Source of the DNA: Chamaesiphon sp. | GTDB taxonomy: Bacteria > Cyanobacteriota > Cyanobacteriia > Cyanobacteriales > Chamaesiphonaceae | Direction: 5' to 3' | Assembly (NCBI GenBank): GCA_965246715.1 | Contig: CBDFFH010000015.1 | Location: 128,001-192,000 of the forward strand | DNA length: 64,000 bases | In this document: piece by piece, positions 1 to 9,335 of the stretch | How positions within the stretch are numbered: the first letter of the stretch is position 1 | How the letters are laid out: each line of letters starts with the position of its first letter | Made by a program: the position numbers and the translations under genes | Notes under the pieces: generated by a model | Databases searched by the model: none | Seen by the model: the letters and a program-made list of their open reading frames with translations, nothing else | Told to the model about the DNA's origin: nothing

Positions 1-164
1 ACAAATAAAGATTTTAGACAACGAGATTAAGACACTTTACGTTCTGTCACACCAGAGCGCCGATCCCATCCCCGCACCAGTTAATCTATAAGTATCGAAC
101 GCGCTAGATGCAGCAATCCAACGCATTTTAGCCATGAAAATTTTGTGTATAGAATAAATAAATT

Positions 165-2114
165 ATGTCAACTTCTACATTACCTAACTACCCCTATCAA
201 ATCAGCGAGATCGAACGGCAAAATATCAGCAAGACGATCGATTATACCCAGATCGATTCTATTTCCGAAATCTGGTCGATCGTGGTAGCTAAATGTGGCG
301 ATGTCATCGCACTCGATGCCCCCCACCTAAAGACTCCAGTTAAGTATACTTATCGCCAATTAGCGACCGAAATTCATCGATTTGCCGCAGGATTGCAAAC
401 GTTGGGTGTGCAGCCGCGCGTGGGTGTAGCTTTATTTGCGGATAATAGTCCCAGATGGTTGATTGCCGATCAAGGCATCATGTTAACTGGGGCATTTAAT
501 GCCGTACGGAGTTCACAAGCAGAAACTCAAGAGTTACTTTCGATCTTAGATAATAGTGAGGCGAAGGCACTTGTGGTTGAAGATCTTAAAATACTCAAAC
601 GGTTGATTGCGGAGATTCCTACGCAACAGATCGAATTAATTATTTTATTGTCCGATGAAGCGATCGAGCTTGAAACATCCTTCAAAATTGTTAACTTTAC
701 CAACGTTATCGAATTAGGTACCGATCGAGAATTTACACCTACAAAGATCGCCAAGTCGGATTTAGCCAGCCTGATTTATACCTCTGGCACTTCCGGCAAT
801 CCCAAAGGCGTAATGCTCTCCCACGCCAACCTGCTCCATCAGGTAACTACCTGCGGGACGGTAATTCCCGCTTTCCCTGGCTTGAGAGTATTGAGTATCC
901 TCCCCTCTTGGCATTGTTACGAGAGATCGTGCGAATACTATCTGCTCTCGCAAGGATGTACGCAGATCTACACGAATATTCGCTACTTCAAGCAGGATTT
1001 GAAAGAATACAAACCTCAGTGTATGGTCGCGGTTCCCCGCATCTGGGAATCAATTTATGAAGGCATTCAGAAGCAATTTCGCGAGCAGTCTCCGCGCCAG
1101 CAAAAACTCGTCGATACGTTGTTGGATCTGAGTCAAAAATATATCATGGCACGTCGGCTCGTCCAGGGATTGGACTTGGCATGTCTGAACCCCAGTGTGG
1201 GTCAGAAGTTGAATGCGCGAATTCAGATGGTGGCGCTGGCTCCAATTTACGCGATCGCGGATAAGCTAGTGTTTAATAAAATTCGATCGGCCACTGGCGG
1301 CGAAATTAAATACATCATCAGCGGTGGCGGTTCGCTCGCCAAGCATCTAGATTTATTTTTTGAGACTGCTAAAGTTGATATTTTGGTCGGCTATGGCTTG
1401 ACGGAGACAGCACCGATTACCAATGTTCGTCGCCCTTGGCACAATCTCCGGCTCTCATCTGGGCCACCATTACCAGGTACCGAAATTCGGATCGTGGATC
1501 TCGAAACGCGGAAAACTCTACCCGTCGGCCAAAAAGGACTGGTATTGATTCGCGGGCCGCAAGTCATGCAAGGATATTATCGCAATCCCGAAGCTACCGC
1601 TCAAGCGATCGATCCCGATGGCTGGTTTAATAGTGGCGATTTGGGAATGGTCACACCGAGTAACGATTTGGTGATTACCGGACGTGCCAAAGATACGATC
1701 GTGTTGAGCAATGGCGAAAATATCGAACCACAACCGATCGAAGATGCCTGTCTGCGGAGTAAGTATATCAGTCAAATCGTCCTCGTCGGTCAAGACCAGA
1801 AATCCCTCGGAGCCTTAATCGTACCCGACTTAGAAGCATTACAACCGTGGGCGATCGATCGCAATATCAAACTCGATCTCGCTACACCTACCAACCCCGA
1901 TCTCAGTCAAGTTATCGATCTATTTCGCGACGAACTCAACCGCGAAGTCAAAAACCGTCCTGGCTATCGCGCTGAAGATCGCATTGCCGTAATTAAGCTA
2001 ATTTCCGAGCCATTCTCGATCGAAAACGGACTGCTCACGCAAACTTTGAAAATTCGTCGTCCGGTTGTGATGGAGCGGTATCACGATATGATTAACGAGA
2101 TGTTTAAACAGTGA
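165..2114 (+). CDS. aas: Long-chain acyl-CoA/acyl-ACP synthetase (AMP-binding enzyme)
   Basis: 649 aa; AMP-binding motifs YTSGTSGNPKG, GYGLTET, GWFNSGDLG, GRAKD; gene context with YlqD is typical of cyanobacterial aas. Confidence 0.85.
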   Translation: MSTSTLPNYPYQISEIERQNISKTIDYTQIDSISEIWSIVVAKCGDVIALDAPHLKTPVKYTYRQLATEIHRFAAGLQTLGVQPRVGVALFADNSPRWLIADQGIMLTGAFNAVRSSQAETQELLSILDNSEAKALVVEDLKILKRLIAEIPTQQIELIILLSDEAIELETSFKIVNFTNVIELGTDREFTPTKIAKSDLASLIYTSGTSGNPKGVMLSHANLLHQVTTCGTVIPAFPGLRVLSILPSWHCYERSCEYYLLSQGCTQIYTNIRYFKQDLKEYKPQCMVAVPRIWESIYEGIQKQFREQSPRQQKLVDTLLDLSQKYIMARRLVQGLDLACLNPSVGQKLNARIQMVALAPIYAIADKLVFNKIRSATGGEIKYIISGGGSLAKHLDLFFETAKVDILVGYGLTETAPITNVRRPWHNLRLSSGPPLPGTEIRIVDLETRKTLPVGQKGLVLIRGPQVMQGYYRNPEATAQAIDPDGWFNSGDLGMVTPSNDLVITGRAKDTIVLSNGENIEPQPIEDACLRSKYISQIVLVGQDQKSLGALIVPDLEALQPWAIDRNIKLDLATPTNPDLSQVIDLFRDELNREVKNRPGYRAEDRIAVIKLISEPFSIENGLLTQTLKIRRPVVMERYHDMINEMFKQ

Positions 2115-2115
2115 G

Positions 2116-2170
2116 TAGGGAATAGGGAATAGGGAATAGCCACTAGCCACTAGCCAGCCACTAGCCACCA
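2116..2170. repeat. Short tandem heptamer repeats (AGGGAAT and CCACTAG type, STRR-like)
   Basis: gtagggaatagggaatagggaatagccactagccactagccagccactagcc; similar AGGGAAT tracts near 2650-2690, 32760-32785 and 60580-60612. Confidence 0.8.
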
Positions 2171-2200
2171 ACTTTTATTAACAGCTAGAACTACGCCATC

Positions 2201-2650
2201 ATGGATCTACCAGACTCTCAGTTAATGCTCAAACGGGTGATTGCGATCAAAGCAGTAGTCACCCAACGCTGGAAAGAAGAAACACAGCAACTACTCCAAA
2301 CCCAAATTAGCGAACTCGACGGACAACTCCAACAACTCGAAATCCAAGGACAAAGAGCGGTTGCTGAAATCCAAAAGCAAAGCCTCCAACCCCCTGGGCC
2401 ACAAGTAATGCAGCAAATTGAAAGCATCCAAGTGCAAGTCAATCAGCAGAAGAGCGAACTGTTGGAGCAGAAGAACATGGCTCTACAACAACTCCAACAG
2501 GTGCAACTCCTCGAACTCAAGCAGGAAGTCAACCAAGGTCAAGTCGAAGGCTACTTCACCGTCAAACTCGGCGATAACCTCATTTCCAAGATGAACGTCG
2601 AAGTGCTACTCCACGATGGAGTCGTAATGGAAATCCGAGGCGTGATCTAG
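2201..2650 (+). CDS. YlqD family coiled-coil protein
   Basis: 149 aa, Q-rich coiled coil, LKRVIAIKAVVT N-terminus and VEVLLHDGVVMEIRG C-terminus typical of cyanobacterial YlqD. Confidence 0.8.
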   Translation: MDLPDSQLMLKRVIAIKAVVTQRWKEETQQLLQTQISELDGQLQQLEIQGQRAVAEIQKQSLQPPGPQVMQQIESIQVQVNQQKSELLEQKNMALQQLQQVQLLELKQEVNQGQVEGYFTVKLGDNLISKMNVEVLLHDGVVMEIRGVI

Positions 2651-2690
2651 GGAATAGGCTTTAGGGGTTAGGTAATAGGGAATAGAGAAT

Positions 2691-2736
2691 AGTAAATTCC
2701 CCTCCTTGGAGGGGTGCCCTTCAGGGCGGGGTGGGT
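2691..2736 (+). repeat. Small dispersed double-hairpin repeat; inverted copy at about 32710-32755
   Basis: agtaaattcccctccttggaggggtgcccttcagggcggggtgggt versus acccaccccgccctatcgggcacccctcccaggaggggaatttact; both abut AGGGAAT heptamer tracts. Confidence 0.75.
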
Positions 2737-2852
2737 AATATCTACGCATCTCACTAGTTGCCCCACCATCCCCCTATCCCTGAGTCCTACTCGTAAGCTA
2801 AGATGATAAGTCGCAAGCTCAACCTAAACCGTTCGATTCGAGAAGATTCCCC

Positions 2853-4124
2853 ATGGCAATACGCGAAGTTTTCATGCCTGCTCTAAGTTCCACTATGACT
2901 GAAGGCAAGATTGTCTCCTGGCAGAAATCACCAGGTGATAAAGTCGCAAAAGGTGAAATTGTTGTCGTGGTGGAATCTGACAAGGCAGATATGGATGTCG
3001 AAACCTTCTATGAAGGCTTCATTGCGACGATTATCGTTCCCGCTGGCGAATCCGCACCTGTCGGATCGGCAATCGCCTTAGTGGCAGAAACCGAAGCCGA
3101 AATCGAGATTGCCAAACAGCAAGCAAATGGCAAATCTCCAGCTACCGCAACCCCCACAGTCACCCCCGCTACAACTCCCACCACTACTCCTGTCGCCGCA
3201 GTAGTCGCAACTGCAACCGTACTGAGAAGCGATCGACCGGTAGTTTCCCCCCGTGCGAGGAAATTAGCTAAAGAATATGGTGTAAGCGTCGAATCATTAC
3301 ATGGTACTGGCCCAAATGGACGAATTACTGCTGAAGATGTCGGTAATGCCGCAGGTAAACCCGTTGCCGTCACCGCTCCACCGGTAACTCCAGTCGCCGT
3401 ACCTGCTCTTACACCGCCACCAGCACCCAGCCTGCCTGTCAATGTACCCGCCGCGCAAGTCGTACCCTTTAACACGCTCCAATCCGCTGTCAACCGCAAT
3501 ATGGTCGCCAGCCTTGCCGTACCGACCTTCCATGTCACCTACACGATCGAAACCAATAACCTCGATAAACTCTACAAGCAAGTCAAATCCAAAGGTGTCA
3601 CCATGACCGCACTGCTAGCTAAAGCAGTCGCTATGACCCTCGCCAAACACCCCACCGTCAACGCTAGCTATTCCGATGCCGGAATCCGCCATCCAGGGAC
3701 GATTAACATTGCCGTGGCGGTTGCCATGCCCGATGGCGGTTTGATTACCCCCGTCCTCCAAAATGCTGACAAACTCGATCTCTACTCCCTCTCGCGAGCT
3801 TGGAAAGATTTGGTCGATCGAGCGCGGCTCAAGCAGCTACAGCCCCAAGAATACAGTTCAGGCACCTTTACTATCTCTAACCTCGGCATGCTCGGAGTCG
3901 ATACCTTCGACGCGATTTTACCTCCAGGTACGGGTGCGATTCTTGCCGTCGGTGCTTCCCAGCCACAAGTCGTAGCAACTGAGGAAGGTAGCTTCTCGAT
4001 CCGCCGTCAAATGAAGGTAAATATGACAGCCGATCATCGGGTTATTTACGGTGCTGATGGTGCGAATTTCCTCAAGGATTTGGCACTATTACTCCATACC
4101 AACGTCCAATCATTGACGATGTAA
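2853..4124 (+). CDS. pdhC: Pyruvate dehydrogenase E2, dihydrolipoamide acetyltransferase
   Basis: Lipoyl domain VESDKADM, E3-binding SPRARKLA...GTGPNGRI, catalytic DHRVIYG. Confidence 0.95.
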   Translation: MAIREVFMPALSSTMTEGKIVSWQKSPGDKVAKGEIVVVVESDKADMDVETFYEGFIATIIVPAGESAPVGSAIALVAETEAEIEIAKQQANGKSPATATPTVTPATTPTTTPVAAVVATATVLRSDRPVVSPRARKLAKEYGVSVESLHGTGPNGRITAEDVGNAAGKPVAVTAPPVTPVAVPALTPPPAPSLPVNVPAAQVVPFNTLQSAVNRNMVASLAVPTFHVTYTIETNNLDKLYKQVKSKGVTMTALLAKAVAMTLAKHPTVNASYSDAGIRHPGTINIAVAVAMPDGGLITPVLQNADKLDLYSLSRAWKDLVDRARLKQLQPQEYSSGTFTISNLGMLGVDTFDAILPPGTGAILAVGASQPQVVATEEGSFSIRRQMKVNMTADHRVIYGADGANFLKDLALLLHTNVQSLTM

Positions 4125-4144
4125 GTCTTTGATTAGTTACATTT

Positions 4145-4173
4145 ATCCCTGTCAGTTTTGATGGGGGTTTTTG
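4145..4173 (+). terminator. Probable intrinsic terminator after pdhC
   Basis: atccctgtca-gttt-tgatggggg followed by T run. Confidence 0.5.
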
Positions 4174-4300
4174 CTGTCGTTTTTTAGCGACTGCATCCTG
4201 ATATTCGATCGAAATGTTGAAAATTCTCATCGATGTGTTCGATTACTTAGATTTGTTGTGTTGATGACAATCGCACAATACATCACAGGTAGTCGAGCTG

Positions 4301-4405
4301 GAGTCTTGTTAGTCGATCGAGTCTTCAATTTAGCGAGCGCTTGTTCCAATAACTCAGTCGTACAGATCGGTTTAGATATAGTCCATCTGGTCTAATTTTA
4401 TTTTA
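4301..4405 (-). repeat. TA-array repeat R1 copy 1 (degenerate; start codon mutated to ACG)
   Basis: Aligns with 5031-5140, 8335-8444 and 9226-9335; minus strand reads (T)TELLEQALAKLKTRS. Confidence 0.8.
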
Positions 4406-4486
4406 GTTGGAATCGATATGTAATCGAATCGATCGAGCATAATATAAGTACAGCATAAATCGATCGATTCGATCGTCATAGTCAAT

Positions 4487-4681
4487 ATGAGTACACCCGT
4501 AAAAGAACAGTACATCATTGATGCCGAAGGGAATAAGACAGCCATCATATTGTCCATCGAGCAATACGAACAAATGTTAGAAGATCTCCACGATCTTGCT
4601 ATTGTTGCCGAACGTCGTACCGAACAGCCAGTCAGCCTCGCCAACATGCAAGAGTGGTTAAAAGAAGATGGAATCTTATGA
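4487..4681 (+). CDS. Type II antitoxin (Phd/RelB-like), partner of RelE
   Basis: 64 aa acidic; G-x-KTAIILSIEQYEQMLEDL pattern; overlaps downstream RelE gene. Confidence 0.8.
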   Translation: MSTPVKEQYIIDAEGNKTAIILSIEQYEQMLEDLHDLAIVAERRTEQPVSLANMQEWLKEDGIL

Positions 4682-4934
4682 AATTGAATTTCAGCCATCG
4701 GTACGCAAGGATTTTCGGAAGCTGTCGCCAGATAATGCTAGCCAAATTTTACCAAGGATTGAAGAATTAGCTAAACATCCTTTTCCCCCTCAATCTATTA
4801 AGCTGAAAGGGAGCGAACGACTATATCGAATTAGGGTTGGTGATTACCGAATTGTGTATGAAGTCGATGTAGATGCCTGCCGGATTTTAATTTATCATGT
4901 CAGACACAGACGCGAAGTTTATCGCGATTTATGA
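4668..4934 (+). CDS. Type II toxin, RelE/ParE family
   Basis: 88 aa; YEIEF...KDFRKL...KLKG...YRIRVGDYRIVYEV...HRREVY RelE signature. Confidence 0.92.
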   Translation: MESYEIEFQPSVRKDFRKLSPDNASQILPRIEELAKHPFPPQSIKLKGSERLYRIRVGDYRIVYEVDVDACRILIYHVRHRREVYRDL

Positions 4935-5030
4935 TTGCTACAATCTTTTAGCTTACTTGTTGGTATAGTAGATTCAATGAGAAATCGAGCGATCCACAAC
5001 TCAAGTTCTTATTTAGGATCGATCGATCTC

Positions 5031-5140
5031 GAATCTCGATCGCTAATCGATCGAGTCTTCAGTTTGGCAATAGCTTCTTCCAGTAACTCAGCCATACAAA
5101 TCAGTCTAGGTATAGTTAATCTAGTCTAGTTTTATTGTAA
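5031..5140 (-). repeat. TA-array repeat R1 copy 2 (promoter plus truncated antitoxin-like mini-ORF 5095..5009)
   Basis: Contains 30-bp core CATACAAATCAGTCTAGGTATAGTTAATCT identical to copies 3 and 4; encodes MAELLEEAIAKLKTRSISDRDSRSIDPK*. Confidence 0.85.
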
Positions 5141-5195
5141 TCGATCGATCGACAACTCAAAGCACCAAATTATTGTCTAGGAGCGATCGTCAAAA

Positions 5196-5495
5196 CTAAC
5201 TTTTATCTGATGAATCATCCGTGTTGCTTTGTCCTGGTGGTAAGCGTAAACGGTTTTCTTGTTCCAGTAGTGCATTTTTCAGTTGTAAAACTAGATTTTC
5301 TTGTTTGAGCTTTTCTTTCTCTCGTTCGTTGTTTGCTCTGTCTTCATTTCGTTGAACTACTCGTGCCAAATTATCAACAGCCGATGTCAAATCTTTCAAA
5401 TCTTACCTGAGTTCTTTGATATCTGCTGTATTCTTTTCAACTTGTCCCTTGAGAGTGAGAATATCTTTGCCGAAGCTATATAGTTTTTTCCACAT
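5196..5495 (-). pseudogene. Coiled-coil hypothetical protein (99 codons) with an internal stop; second gene of a two-gene module
   Basis: ATG at 5495 is in frame with ORF 5196..5399: MWKKLYSFGKDILTLKGQVEKNTADIKELR*DLKDLTSAV...; single TAA at 5403-5405. Confidence 0.7.
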
Positions 5496-5519
5496 TATTT
5501 GATGAATGATGTCAAGTTG

Positions 5520-7007
5520 CAGGGTGAACGCATCAAAACAGGATTTATTTCGATCGAGAGCCACTAAAATAGGCGATTAATGATATTCGATTGCTTAACT
5601 ACAATTACGACAATATCAATAAAATCGAAACCAAAGACGAGGTTAAATTAACTCAATTTAGTCCGGCAAAAGTGCGGCTAAAGATATTTAGCCAAATTCA
5701 TACTCTGGGGTTAGTTAAATTTAGGCTAAAATAGCCTCTAGAAGTTCGCGCGAATATTCTTCATCAAGGCTCGCAAGAAATCGCTTCTTCCTAACACTTA
5801 GTTTTCGACTCTTGTTCTGACTCATTATATTAACTGCTATATGTCTTAAAACAGCAAAATTAGCTGGAGCATTATCTTTTCTAATTCGACTAATGTCTTC
5901 TTTGAAAATAACATCAAGTACCCAATGGAGTGAATTTTCTATCGACCAATGACCTCTGATTGCTTCTGCTAGTTTTTCAACATTATCTTCTAAGCTACTG
6001 ATGAAATAACGAGCTTCTACGCTGGTTTTTTCATTGACAACTCGAACTGATTCTACCATGCAAATACTAGTCAGATTTTGCCATTTTAGCAATGGATCTA
6101 TTGATGTTGCAATGTCTGATATCATTAGGTAATTACGAGTTTCCTCTCTACCTCTATTCATCTCTCTACTGCTGAAGCTATGCGTTTTCAGACTTTCACC
6201 ACGAGTTTTAATCGCCTGTTTGAATAGCTGTTCTACCCTTTCATATAAACTTGGTTGATTCTTTTTGACAGCAATTACATAATCTGCTTCTTTTTTGACA
6301 ATTTTCTTGACTATTTCTCGCTGACATCCCATTGCATCAATTGTCACTATACATCCAGCTAGATCTAAGGCATTAATCAACTCAGGCAATGCAGTAATTT
6401 CATTTGATTTACTCTCGACTTTTGTTTGTCCTAATACTAATCTATTACTTGCTGCCCAAGCACTGACCGTATTAATTACTCCTTTACCATTTTTTTCGTC
6501 TCTTGAATTTCGAGATTGTTTTCCATCAAATGCGATTATCTCTCCTGCTGTTATTTTACTTATTCCTTTAATCCAATGCAGGAAAGATTTATTGAATTCT
6601 TCAGGATTAATTTGTGAAAATACCCGTGCAAATGTATCGTGAGATGGTATCCCATTCGGTAATTCTAGAAATTCCTCCAGCCATTTTTTTCTGGTGATGC
6701 CATACAGCTCTATGTCTTCCCATCCATCTGCTCCACATACTACTGCACAAATCGAGATCGTGATAATATCGATTAGTTTGTGTTTTTTCCCCCGTTCAAT
6801 TCTAATGTCTTTTATGTCACCAAAGTGTTCTGCGATACTATGCCTTGGCTTTAGCTTCATTTGACGCGATCTGAATTTCCAATAAATATAACATAATTAA
6901 CTGGCTATACTTGTTTACCATTAAAGCTTTCATACTTTTCGTAATTCAAATCTGCAACTGATTTGCGAGGATTTTAAATAGTAGGAAATTTAAGTGCGTT
7001 CACCCTG
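5520..7007 (-). mobile_element. ISAs1-family insertion sequence, complete
   Basis: 13-bp terminal IRs CAGGGTGAACGCA; 10-bp target duplication TGTCAAGTTG at 5510-5519 and 7008-7017; intact transposase. Confidence 0.95.
5721..6860 (-). CDS. ISAs1 family (H-repeat associated) transposase
   Basis: Motifs GIPSHDTFARVF, IAFDGK, KSNEITA, VTIDAMGCQ, RGHWSIENSLHWVLDV. Confidence 0.95.
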   Translation of the reverse strand: MKLKPRHSIAEHFGDIKDIRIERGKKHKLIDIITISICAVVCGADGWEDIELYGITRKKWLEEFLELPNGIPSHDTFARVFSQINPEEFNKSFLHWIKGISKITAGEIIAFDGKQSRNSRDEKNGKGVINTVSAWAASNRLVLGQTKVESKSNEITALPELINALDLAGCIVTIDAMGCQREIVKKIVKKEADYVIAVKKNQPSLYERVEQLFKQAIKTRGESLKTHSFSSREMNRGREETRNYLMISDIATSIDPLLKWQNLTSICMVESVRVVNEKTSVEARYFISSLEDNVEKLAEAIRGHWSIENSLHWVLDVIFKEDISRIRKDNAPANFAVLRHIAVNIMSQNKSRKLSVRKKRFLASLDEEYSRELLEAILA

Positions 7008-7196
7008 TGTCAAGTTGGCAATCATCTTTCTTGTATCTACTTTCAATCTGTCGATCTCTGCCCGATCTGCTTGAATACGAAGATCGCTGAGTTTTATCTG
7101 GGCAAGGATATTATCGATCTCCTTCTCTTTTATTTCTTGCTCATGGGTGTCTTTCTCTTGCGAAAGCTCTAGTTCGGTGGGAAAGGCTGCTTCCAT
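6990..7196 (-). CDS. Small acidic coiled-coil protein; its last codons are replaced by the ISAs1 end
   Basis: 68-aa ORF with GGAG RBS and upstream TATAAT; removing the IS gives ...KMIANLTSFIK* whose TAA overlaps the ATG at 5495 (TAATG). Confidence 0.7.
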   Translation of the reverse strand: MEAAFPTELELSQEKDTHEQEIKEKEIDNILAQIKLSDLRIQADRAEIDRLKVDTRKMIANLTQGERT

Positions 7197-7288
7197 CTAT
7201 CAATATCTCCGTTGTTCTCTCAATACTACGATCGAGTCTCGATGCTACTATTATAAGCTATGTTTCAATCTAGGCAATAATTCTATCT

Positions 7289-7345
7289 CGATCGCTAGTA
7301 TGCTAGAATTCGATCGGGTCTATCCCTTTGCAAACTCGATCGAGA
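7289..7345. repeat. TA-array repeat R3; second copy at about 8241-8295
   Basis: tagtatgctagaattcgatcgggtctatccctttgcaaactcgatcga versus tagtatgccagaattcgatcgagtctatacccttgcaaactcgatcga. Confidence 0.75.
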
Positions 7346-7416
7346 GATACTTTCCATTCTTACCAAGTTTCTGTCTACTCTACCAGAAGCTATAATTATA
7401 TCGCTGATGTTAAGAG

Positions 7417-7872
7417 TCAAGTTTGAGTGAATATATCTTTCTTAAGGTATATAATGTTAACAAATTCATCGTGTAGATGCTGAAAATTTTTGTCCATTGT
7501 TATCAAGTTGCATTCATAGAATGAAGCTGTTGCTGCAATCCATAGATCATTTTTCCCCATTGTAATTGCCGAGAAATTACCGACTAAGTTAAGATGCTTT
7601 CTTTTGCTGTAACAATCTATATTGACATATCGCTCGAGAATATCTGGCAAATTGATATCTAGGATTGGGATCTCGGTCAAAAATTCTTCCATATTTTTGA
7701 GATTCTTTTTTCCCCAATTAAACTGAATTGCTAGAGATCGAATTTCGGCTACCGTAACAATAGATATGTATTCGTCTAAATATCTAGCTTTCAAATGAAT
7801 TTGCAATTTGTCGATCGAATCTGCTCTACGCAGAATGTAGAGAATGACATTTGTATCGTATAGAACTCGCAA
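7417..7872 (-). CDS. PIN-domain toxin (VapC family)
   Basis: YDTNVI, ISIVTVAEI, NDLWIAATA, LITMDKNF PIN acidic residues. Confidence 0.9.
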   Translation of the reverse strand: MRVLYDTNVILYILRRADSIDKLQIHLKARYLDEYISIVTVAEIRSLAIQFNWGKKNLKNMEEFLTEIPILDINLPDILERYVNIDCYSKRKHLNLVGNFSAITMGKNDLWIAATASFYECNLITMDKNFQHLHDEFVNIIYLKKDIFTQT

Positions 7873-7874
7873 TT

Positions 7875-8081
7875 CTATTTATCTTCCTCTAGTTCCTTTA
7901 ACATTGCTACAAACTCTGCATCAGTAAATTCTAGGCTTCCTGCATATTTAGATGCGATCGAGCGATTGGTATTGGTTTCCGATCGATCGGGTGCAGATTG
8001 GAGGTATGTTAGTAGATCTAGTCTTTCTTGTGGTGACAGCGTTGCCGCTCGGTCGATTAGCTCAGTTAGTTTGGGTGTCAT
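7875..8081 (-). CDS. Putative antitoxin partner of VapC
   Basis: 68 aa directly upstream of the PIN gene; N-terminal helical hairpin and acidic tail. Confidence 0.75.
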   Translation of the reverse strand: MTPKLTELIDRAATLSPQERLDLLTYLQSAPDRSETNTNRSIASKYAGSLEFTDAEFVAMLKELEEDK

Positions 8082-8334
8082 ACTCTAGTTGCGCTCCTAT
8101 CGATCGAGCCATTTTTAGCTCTCGACTCTACTATTATAAACTGCTCGATCGTTGATTAAAAGCACTTTCCTCTCGATCGAGTCAGCTTGGCGCGGGCTGT
8201 AGCGATTGGGGATCGATCCCAGAGGTGGAGTCGATGGAGATCGATAGTATGCCAGAATTCGATCGAGTCTATACCCTTGCAAACTCGATCGATCGACAAC
8301 TCAAATTCTCATTTAGGATCGATCGATCGATATC

Positions 8335-8444
8335 GAATCTTGCTCGCTAATAGGACGAGTCTTCAGTTTGGCAATAGCTTGTTCCAGCAACTCGGTCATA
8401 CAAATCAGTCTAGGTATAGTTAATCTGGGCTAGCTTTATTTTAA
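8335..8444 (-). repeat. TA-array repeat R1 copy 3 (mini-ORF 8399..8313)
   Basis: 30-bp identical core; encodes MTELLEQAIAKLKTRPISEQDSISIDRS*. Confidence 0.85.
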
Positions 8445-8449
8445 GTAAT

Positions 8450-8896
8450 TTACAGTGTTAGCTCACTTACTACGATCGATCGAATTTCTGTCACTTTACT
8501 TAACGCGATATCATTGGTCAAAAAAGCGTCACAATTAGAAACGATTGCCGTAGCAATTTGAATTGCATCTGGTAACTTCAATCCATATTTGACTCTCATT
8601 TTTACTGCTTCAATTGCTACTAGTTCGTCGGTGATTCTAAATATCACACTTTCATTCCGTATCAAAGCATCTGCAAAATCTTGTTGCAGTTCTAACAATC
8701 CCTGTCGATAGGGTACGATCGAACATTCAGCTAGAGTTATGGGCGAACTTACTGCTAGTAAATCTCCATCACTCAAACTCTCAAATATCGGTCGTACCAA
8801 TGGAAAAAAAGTTGGGTGTCGCTCGATATAATAAATAACTGGAGCCGTATCTAAAAATATTAGCTTCACCCCTGCAATCGCTTGTTCTATTTTCAT
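8450..8896 (-). CDS. PIN-domain toxin (VapC family)
   Basis: IFLDTAPVIY, SPITLAE, LPDAIQIATA, FLTND; start placed at ATG 8896 overlapping the upstream stop (TGATG). Confidence 0.9.
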   Translation of the reverse strand: MKIEQAIAGVKLIFLDTAPVIYYIERHPTFFPLVRPIFESLSDGDLLAVSSPITLAECSIVPYRQGLLELQQDFADALIRNESVIFRITDELVAIEAVKMRVKYGLKLPDAIQIATAIVSNCDAFLTNDIALSKVTEIRSIVVSELTL

Positions 8897-9147
8897 CAGT
8901 CTGTCAGGATCTGTTCTTCCCGCTGCGACCAATCATTTCGCTCTCTATTCACCCATGCTTGAGCATCTTCACCATTCAATAAATTGGGTGCAATTCCCGC
9001 CAATTCTCGCCAGGATTTGCTTTTTCTGGGCGGTGTAGTTGTTACTACTTCTTTGAGATTGACTGTGATGTGTTCGATGACTTGGATTTGTTCTGTTGAC
9101 GACAATCGATCGATCTCGGTCAGTATTTGTTGTAATTGAGGACTCAT
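8896..9147 (-). CDS. Putative antitoxin partner of VapC
   Basis: 83 aa; SWRELAGIAPNLLNGEDAQAWVNRERNDW-type C-terminus; translationally coupled to the PIN gene. Confidence 0.8.
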   Translation of the reverse strand: MSPQLQQILTEIDRLSSTEQIQVIEHITVNLKEVVTTTPPRKSKSWRELAGIAPNLLNGEDAQAWVNRERNDWSQREEQILTD

Positions 9148-9225
9148 CTTTCTACCTCTGAATACTTGTCTCTATTTTAACTTGGGTTTCGATCGCATGT
9201 ATGCCTTGTAAAATCGATCTCGATC

Positions 9226-9335
9226 GAGTTTTGCTCACTGATGGGACGAGTTTTCAATTGTGCGATCGCTTCTTCCAGCAATTTAGTCATACAAATCAGT
9301 CTAGGTATAGTTAATCTGGTCTATTTTTATTCTAA
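9226..9335 (-). repeat. TA-array repeat R1 copy 4 (mini-ORF 9290..9177)
   Basis: 30-bp identical core; encodes MTKLLEEAIAQLKTRPISEQNSIEIDF... Confidence 0.85.

Noticed and set aside
3008..3538. 176-aa minus-strand ORF
   Set aside because: Antisense shadow of the Ala/Pro/Thr linker of pdhC
4171..5129. Plus-strand ORFs 4171..4395, 4935..5129 (and 8187..8423) with similar C-termini
   Set aside because: The similarity comes from being antisense to R1; the promoter and sensible peptide are on the minus strand
4301..9335. R1 repeats as a CRISPR array or classical attC sites
   Set aside because: Repeats are ~110 bp and spaced by 0.6-3 kb of genes; no cas genes, no RYYYAAC/GTTRRRY-bounded hairpin and no tyrosine recombinase in the window
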